Shown: one piece after another, positions 23,983-38,200 of the stretch | How positions within the stretch are numbered: the stretch's first letter is position 1 | Layout: each line of letters starts with the position of its first letter | DNA from: Octopus bimaculoides | Lineage: Eukaryota | Assembly (NCBI RefSeq): GCF_001194135.2 | Contig: NC_068991.1 | Coordinates: 8,589,057-8,653,056 of the forward strand | DNA length: 64,000 nucleotides | Direction: 5' to 3' | Translations under genes and position numbers: made by a program | The notes under the pieces: generated by a model | Database searches by the model: none | The model's input: the letters and a program-made list of their open reading frames with translations, nothing else | What the model was told of the DNA's origin: nothing

Positions 23983-26701
23983 TGTGTTTCAGCCAAGTGG
24001 CTGCGGTCATGCTGGTGCACCACCGTGAAATGTTGCAGAAATAATTGCAACATTTTGTCATGCATTGATTAGCAAAGTAAAAATAGATGATATGATTTTT
24101 ACTAGTGTATTTTCATCTTTTATGGTGTTTTGGGGGTCATATGTTCTTGGCAAAAGTAATTACTTCAAACAGCTACTAATGCACTTGAGATGCTTAATTA
24201 ATAACCTATGTATAAGCCACAAATTCTTGATGTGTGTGTGTGTGTTATACATTTATACATTAGCAATAGTTTCTCATTTGTTTGCTGCTAGGTGATGACT
24301 CAGGATTGCAATTCACTTACTCACTAGGTTGATTATTGCTATGGAAAAATACTTATTGCAATCCGGTGATTGATTTTAATTCTTTCACCTGTAAATTTAT
24401 GCGGACCGTGCAGACTGTCAAAGTAGACTTCACAGCGAACTATTTTCTGCAATTATGTATAACTGTGCAGTCTCAGACAAAATTATGGTATACCTGGAGA
24501 GCCAGTTCTGTAGGTGGGTTGTTATACTTACTGCTGTTGTTTTAGATATGCACAAGTTACTACACTGCACTCCATGTAGCATTTTAATTGCCACACATAA
24601 TATGCTCTGACTGTCATAATAAACTTGATTTAAACATTTAGCATTCACATTATTCTATCAAAACTAATGCTTATTTATTCACATAAGTTCGAATGAATCA
24701 TGAATTATCTTTTAGCTTTGAGAGTTTGATGAAGTAACTTAATTTTTAGAATGATATTGCAGGGTTAGGCCAGATTTGGCCAGATTTAACATAAAACAGA
24801 TAAAATATTTTGGCCAGATATAACTGGTTTAAATGCTAAAGGTTTAACGAAATGTCATTGAAGCAAGCATGACATATTGTCTCAGTATTCAGAAGCTTGT
24901 CATATTTAGAATCACCACAGCTGGTATTAGGCTTGCAATCAGACATCTCAAGTTCAAATATCCTGCAAGCATTATTTCACTGTCATTTCTGCAGTATACT
25001 CATTAGGTTGGTCCACCTAATTTTCAGAAAGTAGTTACTTGATCATCTGAGAGTATTTTCTGGAGCACAGTAGCATCTTCTCTTGAGAAGGATTTGTTGC
25101 ATCTACTTAATACCATAAAATAGGGGTTAAGCAATGGTCCTTAAAAACGCTGTCCAGGTTCAGAATTCATTTGCTGATAAGCAATGTAAATACTACACTC
25201 AGGATAACCAATTCTGCAATATCTAGAATACTGTGACTGAAGGGTTGTTTCTTGAGTATTCAGTAACCTACTTCTATGTCACAGGTTTGCTTCAGTGCAG
25301 GTTACATTGCTACTCTGCAGTCATTCCTGTGATGATACTCGAATCAACTTTGGCTTATCTACTTCCACTGTGATCACGACCAAAATATGAGGGCTGGCTG
25401 GATGGTGGAAAGATTATTATATGTTCAGACTGTCATGCTACACCTGTTACTCTTCAACTTTGCATGGTAAACACTGAGGTAGTGGTATGGATATCCAGAA
25501 TAACAGATCTGTGGATTTGTGGGTCAGCTACTTGCACCATGGTCAATCAAAACAGACCCAGGGTTACACAGCAACAATAATAAAGTGAGCATATGTGTCT
25601 CTGTGTATTAGAGTCACATGACCTCTTCAACAAACCCTTATTTTGGGATCATTTCCTTTTTATATTTTATGTAGTCCCAGTGGTTTAAGATTTAATGGAT
25701 AGTATAGTGATAAAATATTGCGTGGTAAGAGGGTAGATGTAACACAGGACCTGATTAAATTACATGGAAAAATGTGAGCAAGAGAAATGATATTCTTAAG
25801 ATTATAAATCTGGAAAAGTACAGGTCAAGCTATAACACCTGGAAAGTTCAGGACAAATTATTACATCTGGTAAAATACAGAACAAGAAAATTTTTACTTA
25901 AAATATTGCAGCTAAGGATAAAATTTCAAATAAAATATTTAGATTAAGAAAATATTAGCTTTTATATCTCAAAATTCAGTTTCCTGAAACTGGACTGCTT
26001 CTAAGTGTTTTGGTCAACTTCTGCCATTCTATAATTCTCTGCCAAGATCGTACTAACTAAAGTGACTTGGCAACAATAACAAAGAAACCATGGGCTTGTG
26101 TTAATGTAGGAAATCATAATCTTCAGCCATATCCTATTTCTTTATTGATAATGCCCCACTGGTTCATAGCCCCCTATATTTGACAGGTTCGACCATTGTT
26201 AAACAGAGAGAGATTGAATGGAGAAAAACGTTGTGTTCGTGTGTTTCCAACCACCAACCAAATTGTGCTCGGCACCGACAAAGGTTTCACGTTCGACTAC
26301 GTCCATTCTGCACATTCTACACAGGTCAGTAGCCTTTGATGTTCTCTACCCCATTTTTCTTTTTCTGTTTGTTTTATTTATTACTTCAAACCAGTAATTC
26401 TCAGCCAGTGTCCATGTGACCTTTGGGAGGTACATGTGACCTTTGGGGCTCCATATAAGATTTTGTTGTTAAAATTTATCTTCAATAAACTTGTTATACT
26501 TCTGCAATACATAAAATATTTTAACAGAAGGCACAGAAGTGGCTATGTGGTAAGAAGCTCGCTTCTTGACCACATGGTTCTGGGTTCGGTCCCACTGCAT
26601 GGCACCTTGGGTAAGTGTCTTCTACTATAGCCTCAGGTCAACCAAAGCCTTGTGAGTGGATTTGGTAGATGGAAACTGAAAGAAGCCCATTGTACTTGTG
26701 T

Positions 26702-26737
<36 letters not shown>

Positions 26738-27716
26738 TTGTGTGTCTGTGTTTGTCCCCACACTATTGCTTGACAATCGATATTGGTGTGTTTACGTCCC
26801 CATAACCTAGTGGTTCGGCAAAAGGCACTGATAGAATAAGTACTAGGCTTACTAAGAATAAGTTCTGGGGTTGATTTGTTCAACTAAAGGCGGTACTCCA
26901 GCATGGCCGAAGTCAAATGATGGAAACAAGTAAAAGAATTATTTTTATACAATTCCTAGGCTTTGGTCTGCCAAGACAATAATTGAAGACACTTGCCCAA
27001 GGTGTCATGCAGTGGGACCGAACCCAAGACCACATGGTTGGGAAGCCAGCTTCTCTACCACACAGCCATGTCAGCAAAATGTTTGCTGTTTTCAGTTACT
27101 GCCTTCCACATTCTGTGTTTGAATCCCACCTTAATTAACTTCACCTTTCATCTCTCCCACCCCTATTAAAGTACAGTACCAGTTAAGTAGTGGGAGCAAT
27201 TTGGTGTCAACAGAATTTTAAAAAACAAAAAGACAAAGGCCAGCTGAGGAAAATATGACCCCCACCTCCTACCAATAAACCATCACACATACACATACAC
27301 ACACACTCACATACTTACAAACTCTCTTTCTCTCACACATACACACACACACGTCATTATGGTTCTGGGACACCTACTGCTATTAATAGGTTTTTGCCTT
27401 AGAAACCAATGTTATTGATTTATTTAGCAATAAGGAAAGAAAACAAAAATAAAAAGAAAGAGAGCAGGGTGGGGGTAGAGTCATAATTTGGTGTTGATTA
27501 GAATGTTTATTTTAGTATTATAACAAGTCCTCAATGATAAATGCATGGCCGCTACTCCTTAAGCTTTTCAATGTTGTCAGCATCTTTGTTCAAGTCTTTT
27601 ATAACACACACACACACACATACACACACACACACACTCACATGCATGCACACACATGTGAATATATGTGTCAGTATGCATGCACACATATGCATGTATA
27701 GTTGTAAAGTTATATG

Positions 27717-27791
<75 letters not shown>

Positions 27792-30700
27792 GTATATATA
27801 TATATGTATATATATATGTATATATGTATATGTATATATGTATATATATGTGTTTATTTATGTATATATATGTGTATATCATATGTATACACACACACAC
27901 ACACACTCATATATATATATATATATACACACACTCACTTTATTTACTTATATATATATGCATATACATATATGCAAATATGCTTCTACATACATATATG
28001 AAACCAGTTATGACCACTTAACTGAACTACTGGTAGAATTTATGAAGTGTTTTATGTACCTGCCTATTTGACTGGTGAAGACATTGCTGAATTTATTGAT
28101 TAGTCTTGCTTACCTGTCTGAGAGAGAGAAAGAGAGAGAGAGAGACCTCTTAACGTAATATTTACTATTTACTCCACTCACTGGTTCTGTTGCTATAGTT
28201 ACCTAGCCTTTGTGTTCTCTATTTTGCCCTTTAAATGGACCAGCTTCGTTGCTTAAAAACAAGAGACTATTTTTCACATGCATTTTTAGTTATTTGTTTT
28301 TTCTTTTGCCTTTCTGCTCTTTTTTTTTTTACTGGACAATTTATATAATAATAATAATAATAATCCTTTCTACTAAAAGCACATGGCCTGAAATTTGTGG
28401 GGAGGGAACTAGTCGATTACATCAACCTCGGTAGGCAACTGGTACTTAATTTATTGACCCTGAAAGGATAAAAGGCAAAGTCAACCTTGGCTGAATTTGA
28501 ACTCAGAACGTAAAGACAGACAAAATGCCAAGGCCTGAAATTTGAGGGGAGGGGACTAGTCGATTACATCTACCCTAGTAGGCAACTGGTACTTGATCCA
28601 AAAGGATGAAAGGCAAAGTCAACCTCGACATAATTTGAAATTAAAACACAGAGCTTTTATGTTTCTTTATTTTTCTTTCTTTTTTTTTTTAAATGATTTG
28701 ATTTATTGTGTGAGAATCAAGACTGTTTAGCTCCAGGTATTCCACTTCAGGTAAAGCAATTTTCCGTTCTTGCTTCAGACTGAAGTACTAAATCTCGTAG
28801 TCGTTAATATGTCATGACTACAGACTTCGTAATTCTCCTCTCAAACCAACAGGGGAGGCTATGAGTAGGTGTTGTTGTTTTTGTTGTTGTTGTTGTTTAA
28901 CCACAGATAGGCACTGATTGAGCAAAAGCAGACCTGTCGTCAAAGGTATTGCAGCAGTGACGATCTCGTCTCTTTAGGAGTGTATCTAGGGTTACATAAT
29001 CCTCATCCACATTCTGATGCTTTTTATTAATCAGATGGAATTTATTGAAGCAGATTTTCTACTGCTGGATGCCCTTCCTGTCACTAACCTTCACCTTTTT
29101 TTCTTTTCCAAGCTAGGCTATATTTTCTCATGGCCACACATTTCTCACAGATTTGAAACAAATGACATCACTTGTATGATGGTGACACTCATTTACAACC
29201 ATCTCATGATGTCAAGTCAAGGACCCATACACACACACACACACAATAGTTTTCTTTCAAATGCACTCACAATTCTTTGGTTGGCCCAGGACTATACTAA
29301 AAGATACTTGCCCAAGTTACCGTGAAATGGGACTAATCACAAAACTACATTGTTGGGATCAAACCTGTTAACTCACAGCCATGCTTGTGTTTATCCTGTA
29401 CTAGCAGTATAGCCCAGCTTTGCCCAGGATTAAGTTGGGATTATTAAGCTAATCAAGTTCTTTATTTCAAACCAAACTAAGTAACATGACGTCAAATTTG
29501 GGCAGAATCAGTGTTGCAACTGGAGCGCATGGGTTGGGAGCTTGATCGGCAGAGGTGATCAGGTTACACATGCCAGCCCTTTGAAAACACCACCGCCATC
29601 ATCTAACACCTCTTTGCCCATGGGTTAGGAACCCTTCCAACAAGAGCTAATTAGAAGTCTAAAAACAAGCATGGACATTTAGAACAAATTTATGGAAATA
29701 CTTTGGACAGTCCAACCCATGCTAGCATGGAAAGCAGACATTAAACGATGATGATGATGATGATGAGGTAAAGAGTTAAAGGATGTAGAGAACTGTGACT
29801 AATGCCTGTTTGTTATTTCTTTTTCTGTTTTGCTTATAGAAAGATGTTTATCAAAGTGTTGAACCTTTGGTGGAGAGTATATTTGAAGGTTACAATGCCA
29901 CAGTGTTTGCCTATGGTCAGACAGTAAGTATAGTTAGTTGTATTTTGTCATCATATATCATCTGTGACCCACACTCAATCAACACTAGGGCAGTGTTTGC
30001 TTACTTAATCCCTTCAATCCCTATGGAGCATAGGCCGGCAATAACTTTTCTCCTCTCTTCTCAACTCTGGGCTGTCTCTTCTGCTTTTCCCCAGCTGGAT
30101 CCCTGCCTTTTTCACCTCTACCTCCAGCTATTTGTAGGGTGTCCTCTCTTGCACCTCCCTTGTGGGTTCCAGGTGAAGGCTTGATGTGTAATGCAGGATG
30201 TTGGTTTCCTTAAGATGTGACCTGTCTCTCCCCATTTGGTGCTTCAGGATTTCTTCTTACACTGGCACCTGACCCCTTACACTTCTATCACAGCTCTTCC
30301 TGGTGGTCAGAAGAGGAGTTGACCTCTCAGCTTCCTTTCGGATTTTGTTACATTATATCATATGTTTCCCCGAGGGAAGGCCTTTCTCTCTCAGGTTTTG
30401 TTGGTTTTCAGTTGTCATCCCTGCTTCTATAATTGTGTGACCCTATGCAAAGCCATTTTTACCTCTGGGAAGTGGTGGTCCAGCATGGGAAGGCCTACTT
30501 TGTAGTAGCAATATACTGTTTGTTTTCATCTTTTTTCTTAGGTGTATTTGAATAATGTAAGATAATATTATTCTTTTTTATTGTGTCAGGGTTCAGGAAA
30601 AACTCACACAATTGGAGGTTTCAATTTATCTTCAGTATCGGAGGAGCAGCAAGGTATCATACCTCGAGCTGTTCGACAGATATATGATGTCATAAATGTA

Positions 30701-33150
30701 AGTATGGAAACATCAAAATGACCATTCATTTTGTTCTCTTTGCTGGGTGCATGTCCCTTTTTTTTTAATATCATCATCGTTTAACGTCCGTTTTCCATGC
30801 TGGCATGGGTTGGACGGTTTGACAGGGACCAGTCAGGCAGGAGCTGGCCAGGCAGGAGCCAACCAGACTTCTGTCTGTTTTGGTAAGACTTTAACGACTG
30901 GATGCCCTTCATAACACCAACCACCCAGCAGCAGGGACTGAGTGCTTTTTACGTGGCACAACTGCAGGCAAAGTCAGTTGTGGCATGGCTTTTACTGCTG
31001 GATGCCCTTCCAATATTTTTTATTTTTTTATTTTGCATCCAATTTTTTTTGTCTTGTGTTGCTATGTTTATTTTGGTTCTTTAACTCATCAAGGATGCCT
31101 CAGTGTGGTTTGCTTAACTTGCAAGAACTTCTTTCGGTCATTAGACCATGGTCATGCTGGTACACCGGCTTGAAGAATCTTTAGTTAAATAAACCGGCCC
31201 TGGTACTTATATTTTTAAGCCTGGTACGTATTCTATTGGGTTTTTTGCTGAACTGCTAAGTTATAGGGATGTAAACGCACTAGCATCAATTGTCAAGTGG
31301 TGATGGAAGACAAAGACACACATACACACACACATGCACACACACACACACACACATGGGTTTCTTTCAGTATCTGCCTACCAAATCCACTCCCAAAGCT
31401 TTGGTTGGTCTGAGGCTATAGTAGAAGGCACTTGCACATGGTGCCATGCAGTAGCACTGAACCCGGAACCTTGTGGTTGAGAAGCAAACTTCTTACTACA
31501 CAGCCAGACCTGCACCTACTAATGGTAACACGAATCAAAACTCAGGCCATTGAAACACCAGTCTTACACTAGTGAACTATACCAACGAGATACCAGCCGA
31601 GAGCAGACGTGATTTGATTGTTGGTACCTTAGCATCGTGACCACAAGTGCAACACAGTGTCAGCCTGCTGTTAAGAATTGCTACCTCCCTGCTTGTTGCC
31701 AGGTACATTACTGATTCAATTATCTATGCTCTCTCTCTCACTCTCTCTCTCTCTCTCCCCACTCTATTAACGAAAATGATGTAAGAAGTGGGGGACCAGA
31801 CGAATATTTCTATGAACACTGCACTGCCTCTATAATACTTGTGTGTTGCTCAGCAAATGACCTTAGACTGTTTACTTTAAAGCATTTGCTTGCTTGTACT
31901 TAGTGTTTGGTTTGTTTGCTGTTGGATGTATCCTGGAGCTTTCAGTCATGTTATGGTTATTGAGTTATTTTTCTTTGCAGACACAATATTTTGCATCTCT
32001 TCCTCTTTTTATTTTACTCTGTTTCACATATCCGTGAATATATATATGTGTGTGTGTTTGTATGCATATGTGTATGTGTGTGTGTATGTGTATATATACA
32101 GGGTGTGTAAGATATTTGAGGACAGATTTATGTTTATAAAAAACATATATAATAACAGTTAATAACTTTATCAAAAAATGCTATGAGGATAAAAATAAAC
32201 CTTCTTTTCTATAATGTTATTCACTAAAGCCACCTTCAGCTTCAACAACTGCTTCTATATGAGATCTAAATCATCTCCATGCTCGAATCAAGTGGTCCTG
32301 GTTCATTTTGGACATTACTCTGACTATGGCAGCTTTCATAGAATCTTTGGTGTTACGAGCACGTTCATTGACCTCTCTCTCAACAATGCTCAATGCTCCA
32401 CATATAGTAGTCCAATGGATTGAGATCTGGGGAATTAGGAGGCCAAATGTTAGGGGTTATGTGATCATGAAAAGTTTCAGCCATCCATTCCTGTTTAACC
32501 CATTGTCGGCAATAAAGAAATAAGATATGTGAGGGCATGGGAAGTATGTGGATGGGCAAGTGTGGGGGATTGGAAGGGCCTGCAGTGGATGAGGGATAGT
32601 AGAGGGGCCTGCAGTGGGTGGTGACCATGGGCAGTGTTGGGAAGATGGGTTGTGGGTGAGTTTTGACAGAGGCCAGATTATGTGTGTGTGAGAGGAGACA
32701 GGGCCTTAAAGGACGTGCCCGTATGTAAGGATGGCCATGATTTTACTTAGCTTGATGTGTCTTCTCAAACACAGCGAATATATATGTATTTGCCTTGTCA
32801 TCTCCTCAACAAGACCCAATGTCTGAATCTCCTTTCTCACCACTTTGTCCCACATCTTTCTGGGCCTACTCCTTGCATATGGGTCTGCCACAATCTGAGA
32901 TCGGCATTTCTTTATTTGGTTGTCCTCATTCATATACATCATACGACCATTCCATAGTATTTTTCTACCCAATTTTTGTTGTTGTTTTTTTGTTTTTCCA
33001 GTCAAAGGCCAGCATTCATTTTACGGTGCGGGTGTCCTACATTGAAATCTACCTAGAAGAGTTGTGTGACCTGCTGGATGTGGACAACAAAACCTTACAC
33101 GTACGAGAGGATGAGAAAGGGAATACTGGTAAGTAGATTGGCTTCCTCTA

Positions 33151-33182
<32 letters not shown>

Positions 33183-33250
33183 CTCACATTCTCACATGCA
33201 TATATGTGCATGCACACACACACATACACACAAACAATGATACATGCACG

Positions 33251-33288
<38 letters not shown>

Positions 33289-34026
33289 ATGGGTTTCCAC
33301 ACAGTTTCTGTCTACCAACTTCACTCACAAGGCATTGGTCATCTCAGGGCTATAAGAGAAGACTCTTGCTCAAGGTGCCATGCAGTGGGACTGAACCTGG
33401 AACCATTTGGTTGCAAAGCAAGCTTAACCATAGTCATGCCTGCACCTAAAAATTTGTCCCTTGGGGGTGTATGTTTTTTCTTTTCCTTTACAGTTGGTTT
33501 GAATTATTGATCAATTATTGATTTAATATTGTTTCAGTGATATCAGGTGTCCAGGAGGTAAAATGTGAAAGCATGGAGGATGTGTTTTCCTGTTTGGAGT
33601 CTGGTTCTGCAGTTCGTCATACGGGGTTGACACAAATGAATGAACATTCTAGCCGATCACACTCGGTTTTCACCATTGTTATAGGTATGCAATGTAACTG
33701 TTGTCTATATAGTATATTCTGCTGGGCTATGCAAATGCGCTTAAAGCTAGTTTTTTTTTTTGTTTATATAATGACCCCCACTTCTATGTCATGTTTCTTG
33801 TAAATTAAAACAACATTTACTCTTTTACTTGTTTCAGTCATTTGACTGAGGCCATGCTGGAGCACCGCCTTTAGTCGAGCAAATCGACCCCAGGACTTAT
33901 TGTTTGTAAGCCTAGTACTTATTCTATCGGTCTCTTTTGCCGAACCGCTAAGTTACGGGGACGTAAACATACCAGCATCGGTTGTCAAGCGATTTTGGGG
34001 GGGGACCAACACAGACACACAAACAT

Positions 34027-34057
<31 letters not shown>

Positions 34058-36464
34058 CATATATACGACGGGCTTCTTTCAGTTTCCGTCTACCAAATCC
34101 ACTCACAAGGCTTTGGTCGGCCCGAGGCTATAGTAGAAGACACTTTCCCAAGGTGCCACGCAGTGGGACTGAACCCAGAACCATGTGGTTCGTAAGCAAG
34201 CTACTTACCACACAGCCACTGCCATATTTGTAAAGTATTTTTGACAAGGACTCAATATTTTATTTGTGTGTGCTGTTGTTAAGATGTCATCCAGTATAAC
34301 CTGTTGTTTGGTAGAGTTACTTGACTTGTTTTTAACAATATGTATTAAATTATTGACTTGTTTGGATATTTTTTTTTTTTCCTGTTTTACTAACTGCATG
34401 CATAAACCACTATTTCTCTTCTGCATGATATCAATTGCCAGACCAGAAATGGACCAATTCTGACATTTTCAGTAGCAGACATTTTGATTACTCTACCAAC
34501 TGTTCAGTGTCGAGTGACCGAGGTAGGTTTTCAGTTATGACTTAGAGACATGAGGTTTCAAATTGCAACTGCTAAGTGCTGTTGTTGTTGTTGAGTAGCT
34601 TTGCTTGTTTGTACTTAAGCTTACATATAGAACATATAGATTAGATACACACACTCACAAAGGTTATATATATCATCATCATCATCATCATCGCAAGGAA
34701 GGTAAATGATGGTGATGATACACACACACACATGCAAACACACACTCACTTGTATTACTCTTTTACTTGTTTCAGTCATTTGACTGCGGCCATGCTGGAG
34801 CACCGCCTTTAGTCGAGCAAATCGACCCCGGGTCTTATTCTTTGTAAGCCTAGTACTTATTCTATCAGTCATTTTTGCCGAACCGCTAAGTTACGGGGAC
34901 ATAAACACACCAGCATCGGTTGTCAAGCAATGCTAGGGGGACAAACACACATACATATACATATATATATATACATATATACGACGGGGTTCTCTCAGTT
35001 TCCGTCTACCAAATCCACTCACAAGGCTTTGGTCGGTCCGAGGCTATAGTAGAAGACACTTGCCCAAGATGCCACGCAGTGGGACTGAACCCGGAACCAT
35101 GTGGTTGGTAAGCAAGCTACTTACCACACAGCCACTCCTGCGCCTAACTATATTGTATAAGTATAATGGAATAGATCTATTGCATGCATGTGGCCAACTG
35201 AATGCTCTCCAAGAATCTTAGTCCATTGTTCACACCTATTCCGACACCAACTCTGCTCCTGTTTTAACATGTTTCACTCACTTGGCTGCAATGTTTTGTT
35301 ACTAACAAGAAGGAAAACCAAAGCTTGTTTTAGACACAAAGATACTTTATACAGCGTTTAATGAATACATTTTACAGTGTTTCAATTGTAGCATTTCTCA
35401 TTCTTTTCCAGAAATTTCCCACTGCATGTCAGCCAAATTTCACTTTGTTGATTTGGCTGGCTCAGAAAGAGCACATCGCATTGGTAATGTTGGTGAACGA
35501 TTTAAAGGTAAGTTTTGTTAGCTGTATTATGGAGATGGGGGTAGCTCCGTGCTGTGTGTGTGTAGGGGAGATATGCTGTGTTTCTTTTTCATTATCTAAT
35601 CTCAATCTGAACAGGATTATATTATAGCAGTTCGTTATTTACTCTGTACCCCCCACCCCTGCCCTCCAATCAACCAGTATGCTTTCTTAGAAGCTAATTT
35701 AACCAATGGTGGCCTCAATTTCTCAACATTCCAGGTTTACAGCACTCTTTGTTCACAAATTATGATGGGAGAGCAGAGAGCAGTGTACATGGCTCATTGT
35801 GATACAAGGTGGGGTGGTTAGGATTAGGGGATAAATTTTATCTTGTTTTTGTNNNNNNNNNNNNNNNNNNNNNNNNNNNNNNNNNNNNNNNNNNNNNNNN
35901 NNNNNNNNNNNNNNNNNNNNNNNNNNNNNNNNNNNNNNNNNNNNCTGACCTGAGTCGTGGGTGATATTGCACAAGAGTGGTGGAGATAGTCACCACAGTA
36001 GATCACCAAATTAATATCTTAGAGTTCTTAGTCTAAATCCTGTTGGTGTTGACTATTTTCCTTCCCTCTGAAGTAGATAAAGTAAATATTATTTGTGTAC
36101 ATACCAAAGTTAGTTACTAGTTGTTGTTTAGCAGACTTATGATCAACAGTGTTCTGGTTGTAACCTTCCAGTTTCTTTTAATGCTGGTATTCAGGTAAAG
36201 TGTATCTAGGTCTACATTATATTTTTGTATCCTTCCTTTTTTAGGATGGCTGAGTGGGATTTGTAGGAGATTTAGTTGTTATTTCTAGCAGGTTGTCCAC
36301 TACAAAAGCTCCCTCATTAACTAAACCGTTAATTATAATACTTAGGTCAAATACTGTCTAAGAGTAACCAAAATAAAAATCAGAATTATATCAGGAAAAT
36401 GGCTACAAGTTAAATCAAACTAAATGTAATAGATTCCATCCAGGAACAAAGTGAATACACACAC

Positions 36465-36512
<48 letters not shown>

Positions 36513-37155
36513 TTTTTTCTTTTATTGGTTTCAGCCAGATGTTGTGGCCATGCTAGGGCACTGTCATTTGTTTGATTGCTTATTTTAAACTCATTTCCAA
36601 CCCCTCTCTCTGAAACTGGTCCTGTTGAAGTAGTGAGTTGGACAAAGCTGGCGTTTCTTGTTGTGGGTTCATCTAATATCTCAGAGAAAAATTTGTCTAA
36701 ATGTTCTTTGAAGACAACCACATCTATACCTCGCAGCTAACTGAGTTTTTTTTTTCTTTTTTGACAAAGTATTGGACCCTTGAACTCTAAGCTGTTACAG
36801 TTTTTGGATCTTTGCTCTAGATGGAAATGCATTTATGTATAGTAATGCCCTTAATATAAATATATATGTCATCATCATCATCATCATCGTTTCACGTCCG
36901 CTTTCCATGCTAGCATGGGTTGGATGGTTTGACTGAGGACTGGTGAACCAGGTGGTTACATCAGGCTCCAATCTGATTTGGCAGAGTTTCTACAGCTGGA
37001 TGCCCTTCCTAATGCCAACCACTCAATAAACTGTCACTACATAAACCTGATGATTGTGTAATGCATGAAAGTACTAGTTTATTTCAATATTGTAAAATAG
37101 TAAAAATTGTAAATAATAAAACTTGAAAATCAGACTAAGTTGGAAATTCATTGAT

Positions 37156-37187
<32 letters not shown>

Positions 37188-38164
37188 TAATATACACTAA
37201 TGTTTGTTTTTATATCAAGTTATGTATAAAAACCATTTAGCATTAAACTAAAGGAGTATTCAATACATTTTAGTAGAGTGCAAATTTATTAAACTTTTAC
37301 AAAGGAAAGATTGACAGTGACTTTAAAGTTTCAGTTTGTTTGCCTATATATAGATTGTCATCTTATTGTATTAGGGCTGCATTTTACTGTTAATGGCAGC
37401 TGAAATCTTTTTACCCACATAGCTTCGTCCTACAAACTGCTGCAGTTTGTAGGAAGAAGCTATGTGATCATTTTCTCTTGTCTATGATATTTAGTCCTTT
37501 AAGTTTTCTGTCAATCGACATATTTTGGAATTGTTTGCCCTTTCTTTTCCTTCTTTGTAGTCCCTTATGCTATAGTGGCCTCAAGCTTTGTTAGGGGACA
37601 TACAATGAAGAGTTGTGGTCAGGGTCCATTTGATCTAATTGATGTCTTCTATCTAATAAAATAGCACAAGCCATTCTAGTCAGCACCAACTGGGGTACAT
37701 CTAGTTGAGTAAATATCGTCATAAATACAACTCCATTCTCATATAAAGCAACCATTAGAGCCTTTGTCTTTCTTTCTTTCCTTTTTTTTTCAGCTGACAA
37801 TTCCTTAGTTTATAAAATATTGATGTACTTTGCAGTATCTTAAATGTCAAATAGACAATGAAATTATTAAAATAATATTTCATCATCTATTTTTCATCAT
37901 ATGTAATACAAATTAATATCGTTGTGTGTATCTGCATGTGTGCACGCATGTGTGTGTGTGTATACATACATACATATATATATATACATACACACACACA
38001 CACATATATATATACATACATACATACATATACATATCATCATTGTCAATTTAAGCATCACTTTTACATGTTTGCTTGGATTTGTGTTTGTAAGTATATA
38101 TATATATATGTGTGTGTGTGAGTGTGTATACACACAAACACATGCATGCACACACACATGCACA

Positions 38165-38200
<36 letters not shown>

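Noticed and set aside
24860-25600. Possible highly decayed Tc1-like transposase
   Set aside because: Only vague motif resemblance; no frame or terminal repeats that I can support.
26529-26600. tRNA-like A/B boxes
   Set aside because: SINE heads; no complete cloverleaf, and they continue into SINE body sequence.
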